A stretch of 64,000 nt of DNA. Origin: Auanema rhodensis. Taxonomy: Eukaryota > Animalia > Nematoda. A model generated the notes under the pieces. It was not told the origin of the DNA. It did no database searches and worked only from the letters and a program-made list of their open reading frames with translations. The translations under genes and the position numbers were made by a program. Numbering within the stretch: the first letter of the stretch is position 1; every line of letters begins with the position of its first letter. Where the stretch lies: positions 19,406,001-19,470,000 of the forward strand of contig OZ059899.1 of NCBI GenBank assembly GCA_964057225.1. The letters run 5' to 3'. Shown piece by piece: positions 54,101-64,000 of this stretch.

Positions 54101-57100
54101 AAAAATGCACCGAGATATCAACTGATATAAGTTCACACTTATATCCTCGATTTTCAACCTGAAGAATTAATTTCTTCGTTGAATAACAATGTCCATCGTC
54201 TTCGCCTTAAAAAAAAAATCTAAAAACATCTACTTTTTGTGAAATAATTTTGAAATTTTTAGGGAAAATTTTTGTCAAAAAGTTTTTGGAAGCAATGTTG
54301 AGTGTACATGGAAACTCAACATACACTAATGCATCATTTTTCAAACGATCATAACTAATTTTTGTATTGAGCGTTTCTCAATGTAGTATAGTGCATTCGA
54401 TGCGGATTTTTAAGCTGCGTCGATCTATGTTATCAGATTTGCGCTATCTTAAAAATGCACCGAGATATCAACTGATATAAGTTCACACTTATATCCTCGA
54501 TTTTCACCCTGAAGAATTAATTTTTTCGTTGAATAACATTGTCCATCGTCTTCGCCTTGAAAAAAGGAATCTAAAAACATCTACTTTTTGTGAAATTATT
54601 TTGAAATTTTTAGGGAAAATTTTTGTCAAAAAGTTTTTGGAAGCAATGTTGAGTGTACATGGAAACTCAACATACACTAATGCATCATTTTTCAAACGAT
54701 CATAACTAATTTTTGTATCGAGCGTTTCTCAATGTAGTATAGTGCATTCGATGCGGATTTGTAAGCTGCGTCGATCTATGTTATCAGATTTGCGCTATCT
54801 TAAAAATGCACCGAGATATCAACTGATATAAGTTCACACTTATATCCTCGATTTTCAACCTGAAGAATTAATTTCTTCGTTGAATAACAATGTCCATCGT
54901 CTTCGCCTTAAAAAAAATCTAAAAACATCTACTTTTTGTGAAATTATTTTGAAATTTTTAGGGAAAATTTTTGTCAAAAAGTTTTTGGAAGCAATGTTGA
55001 GTGTACATGGAAACTCAACATACACTAATGCATCATTTTTCAAACGATCATAACTAATTTTTGTATCGAGCGTTTCTCAATGTAGTATAGTGCATTCGAT
55101 GCGGATTTTTAAGCTGCGTCGATCTATGTTATCAGATTTGCGCTATCTTAAAAATGCACCGAGATATCAACTGATATAAGTTCACACTTATATCCTCGAT
55201 TTTCAACCTGAAGAATTAATTTCTTCGTTGAATAACAATGTCCATCGTCTTCGCCTTAAAAAAAAAATCTAAAAACATCTACTTTTTGTGAAATTATTTT
55301 GAAATTTTTAGGGAAAATTTTTGTCAAAAAGTTTTTGGAAGCAATGTTGAGTGTACATGGAAACTCAACATACACTAATGCATCATTTTTCAAACGATCA
55401 TAACTAATTTTTGTATTGAGGGTTTCTCAATGTAGTATAGTGCATTCGATGCGGATTTTTAAGCTGCGTCGATCTGTGTTATCAGATTTGCGCTATCTTA
55501 AAAATGCACCGAGATATCAACTGATATAAGTTCACACTTATATCCTCGATTTTCAACCTGAAGAATTAATTTCTTCGTTGAATAACAATGTCCATCGTCT
55601 TCGCCTTAAAAAAAAAAATCTAAAAACATCTACTTTTTGTGAAATTATTTTGAAATTTTTAGGGAAAATTTTTGTCAAAATGTTTTTGGAAGCAATGTTG
55701 AGTGTACATGGAAACTCAACATACACTAATGCATCATTTTTCAAACGATCATAACTAATTTTTGTATCGAGCGTTTCTCAATGTAGTATAGTGCATTCGA
55801 TGCGGATTTTTAAGCTGCGTCGATCTATGTTATCAGATTTGCGCTATCTTAAAAATGCACCGAGATATCAACTGATATAAGTTCACACTTATATCCTCGA
55901 TTTTCACCCTGAAGAATTAATTTTTTCGTTGAATAACATTGTCCATCGTCTTCGCCTTGAAAAAAGAAATCTAAAAACATCTACTTTTTGTGAAATTATT
56001 TTGAAATTTTCAGGGAAAATTTTTGTCAATATGTTTTTGGAAGCAATGTTGAGTGTACATGGAAACTCAACATACACTAATGCATCATTTTCTAAACGAT
56101 CATAACTAATTTTTGTATCGAGCGTTTCTCAATGTAGTATAGTGCATTCGATGCGGATTTTTAAGCTGCGTCGATCTATGTTATCAGATTTGCGCTATCT
56201 TAAAAATGCACCGAGATATCAACTGATATAAGTTCACACTTATATCCTCGATTTTCAACCTGAAGAATTAATTTCTTCGTTGAATAACAATGTCCATCGT
56301 CTTCACCTTGAAAAAAGGAATCTAAAAACATCTACTTTTTGTGAAATTATTTTGAAATTTTTAGGGAAAATTTTTGTCAAAATGTTTTTGAAAGCAATGT
56401 TGAGTGTACATGGAAACTCAACATACACTAATGCATCATTTTTCAAACGATCATAACTAATTTTTGTATTGAGGGTTTCTCAATGTAGTATAGTGCATTC
56501 GATGCGGATTTTTAAGCTGCGTCGATCTATGTTATCAGATTTGCGCTATCTTAAAAATGCACCGAGATATCAACTGATATAAGTTCACACTTATATCCTC
56601 GATTTTCACCCTGAAGAATTAATTTTTTCGTTGAATAACATTGTCCATCGTCTTCGCCTTGAAAAAAGGAATCTAAAAACATCTACTTTTTGTGAAATTA
56701 TTTTGAAATTTTCAGGGAAAATTTTTGTCAAAATGTTTTTGGAAGCAATGTTGAGTGTACATGGAAACTCAACATACACTAATGCATCATTTTTCAAACG
56801 ATCATAACTAATTTTTGTATTGAGCGTTTCTCAATGTAGTATAGTGCATTCGATGCGGATTTTTAAGCTGCGTCGATCTATGTTATCAGATTTGCGCTAT
56901 CTTAAAAATGCACCGAGATATCAACTGATATAAGTTCACACTTATATCCTCGATTTTCAACCTGAAGAATTAATTTCTTCGTTGAATAACAATGTCCATC
57001 GTCTTCGCCTTAAAAAAAAAATCTAAAAACATCTACTTTTTGTGAAATAATTTTGAAATTTTTAGGGAAAATTTTTGTCAAAAAGTTTTTGGAAGCAATG

Positions 57101-58900
57101 TTGAGTGTACATGGAAACTCAACATACACTAATGCATCATTTTTCAAACGATCATAACTAATTTTTGTATTGAGCGTTTCTCAATGTAGTATAGTGCATT
57201 CGATGCGGATTTTTAAGCTGCGTCGATCTATGTTATCAGATTTGCGCTATCTTAAAATGCACCGAGATATCAACTGATATAAGTTCACACTTATATCCTC
57301 GATTTTCACCCTGAAGAATTAATTTTTTCGTTGAATAACATTGTCCATCGTCTTCGCCTTGAAAAAAGGAATCTAAAAACATCTACTTTTTGTGAAATTA
57401 TTTTGAAATTTTTAGGGAAAATTTTTGTCAAAAAGTTTTTGGAAGCAATGTTGAGTGTACATGGAAACTCAATATACACTAATGCATCATTTTTCAAACG
57501 ATCATAACTAATTTTTGTATCGAGCGTTTCTCAATGTAGTATAGTGCATTCGATGCGGATTTTTAAGCTGCGTCGATCTATGTTATCAGATTTGCGCTAT
57601 CTTAAAAATGCACCGAGATATCAACTGATATAAGTTCACACTTATATCCTCGATTTTCAACCTGAAGAATTAATTTCTTCGTTGAATAACAATGTCCATC
57701 GTCTTCGCCTTAAAAAAAAATCTAAAAACATCTACTTTTTGTGAAATTATTTTGAAATTTTTAGGGAAAATTTTTGTCAAAAAGTTTTTGGAAGCAATGT
57801 TGAGTGTACATGGAAACTCAACATACACTAATGCATCATTTTTCAAACGATCATAACTAATTTTTGTATTGAGCGTTTCTCAATGTAGTATAGTGCATTC
57901 GATGCGGATTTTTAAGCTGCGTCGATCTATGTTATCAGATTTGCGCTAGCTTAAAAATGCACCGAGATATCAACTGATATAAGTTCACACTTATATCCTC
58001 GATTTTCAACCTGAAGAATTAATTTCTTCGTTGAATAACAATGTCCATCGTCTTCGCCTTAAAAAAAAAATCTAAAAACATCTACTTTTTGTGAAATAAT
58101 TTTGAAATTTTTAGGGAAAATTTTTGTCAAAAAGTTTTTGGAAGCAATGTTGAGTGTACATGGAAACTCAACATACACTAATGCATCATTTTTCAAACGA
58201 TCATAACTAATTTTTGTATTGAGCGTTTCTCAATGTAGTATAGTGCATTCGATGCGGATTTTTAAGCTGCGTCGATCTATGTTATCAGATTTGCGCTAGT
58301 TTAAAAATGCACCGAGATATCAACTGATATAAGTTCACACTTATATCCTCGATTTTCACCCTGAAGAATTAATTTTTTCGTTGAATAACATTGTCCATCG
58401 TCTTCGCCTTAAAAAAAGGAATCTAAAAACATCTACTTTTTGTGAAATTATTTTGAAATTTTTAGGGAAAATTTTTGTCAAAAAGTTTTTGGAAGCAATG
58501 TTGAGTGTACATGGAAACTCAACATACACTAATGCATCATTTTTCAAACGATCATAACTAATTTTTGTATCGAGCGTTTCTCAATGTAGTATAGTGCATT
58601 CGATGCGGATTTTTAAGCTGCGTCGATCTATGTTATCAGATTTGCGCTATCTTAAAAATGCACCGAGATATCAACTGATATAAGTTCACACTTATATCCT
58701 CGATTTTCAACCTGAAGAATTAATTTCTTCGTTGAATAACAATGTCCATCGTCTTCGCCTTAAAAAAAATCTAAAAACATCTACTTTTTGTGAAATTATT
58801 TTGAAATTTTTAGGGAAAATTTTTGTCAAAAAGTTTTTGGAAGCAATGTTGAGTGTACATGGAAACTCAACATACACTAATGCATCATTTTTCAAACGAT
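51200..58900. repeat. Array B 11-mer tandem duplication (3852 bp), 2 copies; limits approximate
   Basis: Matching units lie 3852 bp apart (52754/56606, 53454/57306, 54504/58356, 54855/58707). Shared rare variants include CTTCACCTTG+TTTTTGAAAGC and the CTTAAAATGC 1-bp deletion. Confidence 0.9.
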
Positions 58901-61900
58901 CATAACTAATTTTTGTATTGAGCGTTTCTCAATGTAGTATAGTGCATTCGATGCGGATTTTTAAGCTGCGTCGATCTATGTTATCAGATTTGCGCTAGCT
59001 TAAAAATGCACCGAGATATCAACTGATATAAGTTCACACTTATATCCTCGATTTTCAACCTGAAGAATTAATTTCTTCGTTGAATAACAATGTCCATCGT
59101 CTTCGCCTTAAAAAAAAAATCTAAAAACATCTACTTTTTGTGAAATTATTTTGAAATTTTTAGGGAAAATTTTTGTCAAAAAGTTTTTGGAAGCAATGTT
59201 GAGTGTACATGGAAACTCAACATACACTAATGCATCATTTTTCAAACGATCATAACTAATTTTTGTATTGAGCGTTTCTCAATGTAGTATAGTGCATTCG
59301 ATGCGGATTTTTAAGCTGCGTCGATCTATGTTATCAGATTTGCGCTATCTTAAAAATGCACCGAGATATCAACTGATATAAGTTCACACTTATATCCTCG
59401 ATTTTCACCCTGAAGAATTAATTTTTTCGTTGAATAACATTGTCCATCGTCTTCGCCTTGAAAAAAGGAATCTAAAAACATCTACTTTTTGTGAAATTAT
59501 TTTGAAATTTTTAGGGAAAATTTTTGTCAAAAAGTTTTTGGAAGCAATGTTGAGTGTACATGGAAACTCAACATACACTAATGCATCATTTTTCAAACGA
59601 TCATAACTAATTTTTGTATCGAGCGTTTCTCAATGTAGTATAGTGCATTCGATGCGGATTTGTAAGCTGCGTCGATCTATGTTATCAGATTTGCGCTATC
59701 TTAAAAATGCACCGAGATATCAACTGATATAAGTTCACACTTATATCCTCGATTTTCAACCTGCAGAATTAATTTCTTCGTTGAATAACAATGTCCATCG
59801 TCTTCGCCTTAAAAAAAAATCTAAAAACATCTACTTTTTGTGAAATTATTTTGAAATTTTTAGGGAAAATTTTTGTCAAAAAGTTTTTGGAAGCAATGTT
59901 GAGTGTACATGGAAACTCAACATACACTAATGCATCATTTTTCAAACGATCATAAATAAATTTTGTATTGAGCGTTTCTCAATGTAGTATAGTGCATTCG
60001 ATGCGGATTTGTAAGCTGCGTCGATCTATGTTATCAGATTTGCGCTATCTTAAAAATGCACCGAGATATCAACTGATATAAGTTCACACTTATATCCTCG
60101 ATTTTCAACCTGAAGAATTAATTTCTTCGTTGAATAACAATGTCCATCGTCTTCGCCTTAAAAACAAATCTAAAAACATCTACTTTTTGTGAAATTATTT
60201 TGAAATTTTTAGGGAAAATTTTTGTCAAAAAGTTTTTGGAAGCAATGTTGAGTGTACATGGAAACTCAACATACACTAATGCATCATTTTTCAAACGATC
60301 ATAACTAATTTTTGTATTGAGCGTTTCTCAATGTAGTATAGTGCATTCGATGCGGATTTTTAAGCTGCGTCGATCTATGTTATCAGATTTGCGCTAGATT
60401 AAAAATGCACCGAGATATCAACTGATATAAGTTCACACTTATATCCTCGATTTTCACCCTGAAGAATTAATTTTTTCGTTGAATAACATTGTCCATCGTC
60501 TTCGCCTTGAAAAAAGGAATCTAAAAACATCTACTTTTTGTGAAATTATTTTGAAATTTTTAGGGAAAATTTTTGTCAAAAAGTTTTTGGAAGCAATGTT
60601 GAGTGTACATGGAAACTCAATATACACTAATGCATCATTTTTCAAACGATCATAACTAATTTTTGTATCGAGCGTTTCTCAATGTAGTATAGTGCATTCG
60701 ATGCGGATTTTTAAGCTGCGTCGATCTATGTTATCAGATTTGCGCTATCTTAAAAATGCACCGAGATATCAACTGATATAAGTTCACACTTATATCCTCG
60801 ATTTTCAACCTGAAGAATTAATTTCTTCGTTGAATAACAATGTCCATCGTCTTCGCCTTAAAAAAAAATCTAAAAACATCTACTTTTTGTGAAATTATTT
60901 TGAAATTTTTAGGGAAAATTTTTGTCAAAAAGTTTTTGGAAGCAATGTTGAGTGTACATGGAAACTCAACATACACTAATGCATCATTTTTCAAACGATC
61001 ATAACTAATTTTTGTATTGAGCGTTTCTCAATGTAGTATAGTGCATTCGATGCGGATTTTTAAGCTGCGTCGATCTATGTTATCAGATTTGCGCTAGCTT
61101 AAAAATGCACCGAGATATCAACTGATATAAGTTCACACTTATATCCTCGATTTTCAACCTGAAGAATTAATTTTTTCGTTGAATAACATTGTCCATCGTC
61201 TTCGCCTTGAAAAAAGGAATCTAAAAACATCTACTTTTTGTGAAATTATTTTGAAATTTTTAGGGAAAATTTTTGTCAAAAAGTTTTTGGAAGCAATGTT
61301 GAGTGTACATGGAAACTCAACATACACTAATGCATCATTTTTCAAACGATCATAACTAATTTTTGTATCGAGCGTTTCTCAATGTAGTATAGTGCATTCG
61401 ATGCGGATTTTTAAGCTGCGTCGATCTATGTTATCAGATTTGCGCTATCTTAAAAATGCACCGAGATATCAACTGATATAAGTTCACACTTATATCCTCG
61501 ATTTTCAACCTGAAGAATTAATTTCTTCGTTGAATAACAATGTCCATCGTCTTCGCCTTAAAAAAAATCTAAAAACATCTACTTTTTGTGAAATTATTTT
61601 GAAATTTTTAGGGAAAATTTTTGTCAAAAAGTTTTTGGAAGCAATGTTGAGTGTACATGGAAACTCAACATACACTAATGCATCATTTTTCAAACGATCA
61701 TAACTAATTTTTGTATTGAGCGTTTCTCAATGTAGTATAGTGCATTCGATGCGGATTTTTAAGCTGCGTCGATCTATGTTATCAGATTTGCGCTAGCTTA
61801 AAAATGCACCGAGATATCAACTGATATAAGTTCACACTTATATCCTCGATTTTCAACCTGAAGAATTAATTTCTTCGTTGAATAACAATGTCCATCGTCT

Positions 61901-63250
61901 TCGCCTTAAAAAAAAATCTAAAAACATCTACTTTTTGTGAAATTATTTTGAAATTTTTAGGGAAAATTTTTGTCAAAAAGTTTTTGGAAGCAATGTTGAG
62001 TGTACATGGAAACTCAACATACACTAATGCATCATTTTTCAAACGATCATAACTAATTTTTGTATTGAGCGTTTCTCAATGTAGTATAGTGCATTCGATG
62101 CGGATTTTTAAGCTGCGTCGATCTATGTTATCAGATTTGCGCTATCTTAAAAATGCACCGAGATATCAACTGATATAAGTTCACACTTATATCCTCGATT
62201 TTCACCCTGAAGAATTAATTTTTTCGTTGAATAACATTGTCCATCGTCTTCGCCTTGAAAAAAGGAATCTAAAAACATCTACTTTTTGTGAAATTATTTT
62301 GAAATTTTTAGGGAAAATTTTTGTCAAAAAGTTTTTGGAAGCAATGTTGAGTGTACATGGAAACTCAACATACACTAATGCATCATTTTTCAAACGATCA
62401 TAACTAATTTTTGTATCGAGCGTTTCTCAATGTAGTATAGTGCATTCGATGCGGATTTGTAAGCTGCGTCGATCTATGTTATCAGATTTGCGCTATCTTA
62501 AAAATGCACCGAGATATCAACTGATATAAGTTCACACTTATATCCTCGATTTTCAACCTGCAGAATTAATTTCTTCGTTGAATAACAATGTCCATCGTCT
62601 TCGCCTTAAAAAAAAATCTAAAAACATCTACTTTTTGTGAAATTATTTTGAAATTTTTAGGGAAAATTTTTGTCAAAAAGTTTTTGGAAGCAATGTTGAG
62701 TGTACATGGAAACTCAACATACACTAATGCATCATTTTTCAAACGATCATAAATAAATTTTGTATTGAGCGTTTCTCAATGTAGTATAGTGCATTCGATG
62801 CGGATTTGTAAGCTGCGTCGATCTATGTTATCAGATTTGCGCTATCTTAAAAATGCACCGAGATATCAACTGATATAAGTTCACACTTATATCCTCGATT
62901 TTCAACCTGAAGAATTAATTTCTTCGTTGAATAACAATGTCCATCGTCTTCGCCTTAAAAAAAAATCTAAAAACATCTACTTTTTGTGAAATTATTTTGA
63001 AATTTTTAGGGAAAATTTTTGTCAAAAAGTTTTTGGAAGCAATGTTGAGTGTACATGGAAACTCAACATACACTAATGCATCATTTTTCAAACGATCATA
63101 ACTAATTTTTGTATTGAGCGTTTCTCAATGTAGTATAGTGCATTCGATGCGGATTTTTAAGCTGCGTCGATCTATGTTATCAGATTTGCGCTAGATTAAA
63201 AATGCACCGAGATATCAACTGATATAAGTTCACACTTATATCCTCGATTT
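58356..63250. repeat. Array B 8-mer duplication (2797-2798 bp); limits approximate
   Basis: The private variants CTGCAG (59761, 62558) and CATAAATAAATTTT (about 59951, 62748) repeat. Anchors are 58707/61505 and 59405/62202. Confidence 0.87.
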
Positions 63251-64000
63251 TCAACCTGAAGAATTAATTTCTTCGTTGAATAACAATGTCCATCGTCTTC
63301 GCCTTAAAAAAAAAATCTAAAAACATCTACTTTTTGTGAAATTATTTCGAAATTTTTAGGGAAAATTTTTGTCAAAAAGTTTTTGGAAGCAATGTTGAGT
63401 GTACATGGAAACTCAACATACACTAATGCATCATTTTTCAAACGATCATAACTAATTTTTGTATTGAGCGTTTCTCAATGTAGTATAGTGCATTCGATGC
63501 GGATTTTTAAGCTGCGTCGATCTATGTTATCAGATTTGCGCTATCTTTAAAATGCACCGATATATCAACTGATATAAGTTCACACTTATATCCTCGATTT
63601 TCACCCTGAAGAATTAATTTTTTTGTTGAATAACCTTGTCCATCGTCTTCACCTTGAAAAAAGGAATCTAAAAACATCTACTTTTTGTAAAATTATTTTG
63701 AAATTTTTAGGGAAAATTTTTGTCAAAATGTTTTTGGAAGCAATGTTGAGTGTACATGGAAACTCAACATACACTAATGCATCTTTTTTCAAACGATCAT
63801 AACTAAGTTTTGTATTGAGCGTTTCTCAATGTAGTATAGTGCATTCGATGCGGATTTTTAAGCTGCGTCGATCTGTGTTATCAGATTTGCGCTAGCTTAA
63901 AAATGCACCGAGATATCAACTGATAAAAGTTCACACTTATATCCTCGATTTTCACCCTGAAAAATTGATTTTTTCGTTGAATAACATTGTCCATCGTCTT

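Larger units (their letters stand above)
10560..64000. repeat. Satellite array B, 351-bp monomer, about 152 copies in one orientation; runs to the right edge
   Basis: Equivalent positions recur at multiples of 351 (10652 to 32765 is exactly 63x351). Consensus is approximately AAGCTGCGTCGATCTRTGTTATCAGATTTGCGCTAKCTTWAAAATGCACCGAGATATCAACTGWTATAAGTTCACACTTATATCCTCGATTTTCAMCCTGAAGAATTAATTTYTTYGTTGAATAACAWTGTCCATCGTCTTCGCCTT...CATAACTAATTTTTGTATTGAGCGTTTCTCAATGTAGTATAGTGCATTCGATGCGGATTTTT. Confidence 0.99.

Noticed and set aside
10652-62393. Repeated 62-63 aa minus-strand ORFs (MKNDALVYVEF...)
   Set aside because: The start is a TTG inside the satellite. About half of the monomers lose the frame through stops, start loss or poly-A frameshifts. 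There is no recognisable domain, and the K/F/I-rich composition reflects A/T tracts.
1-64000. CRISPR array or integron-like cassette array
   Set aside because: There are no unique spacers or cargo: whole monomers are repeated. No cas or integrase gene is present.
10560-64000. Tandem 5S rRNA, tRNA, snRNA or spliced-leader gene array
   Set aside because: The unit size is compatible, but I see no 5S, tRNA cloverleaf, A/B-box or spliced-leader sequence on either strand. An Rfam cmscan would settle it.

Overview
The window is entirely non-coding, AT-rich eukaryotic satellite DNA made of two head-to-tail arrays that meet at a sharp junction. Array A (1-10547) has a 176-bp monomer: 60 full copies, six of them 169 bp because of a shared 7-bp deletion, plus a 29-bp truncated copy. 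Array B (10560 to the window end, about 152 copies) has a 351-bp monomer, with 348-351 bp length variants appearing only distal to about 33 kb. Neither array shows an inversion, transposon insertion or unique DNA. Both are built from local multi-monomer duplications (higher-order repeats, HORs) and are rich in dyad symmetry. All listed ORFs are satellite artefacts. The most notable points are: (1) a 12-bp junction filler that looks templated from both flanks; (2) a near 1:2 monomer length ratio with several collinear shared words; (3) a triplicated ~32-bp ACGTG subunit in A; (4) hairpin modules in B; (5) haplotype domains in B, with isolated long-range reappearances of variants and an emerging slippage-prone poly-A tract. 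I do not recognise either satellite as a named family. A (peri)centromeric location is plausible but is inference only. I found no direct evidence of a novel coding system.
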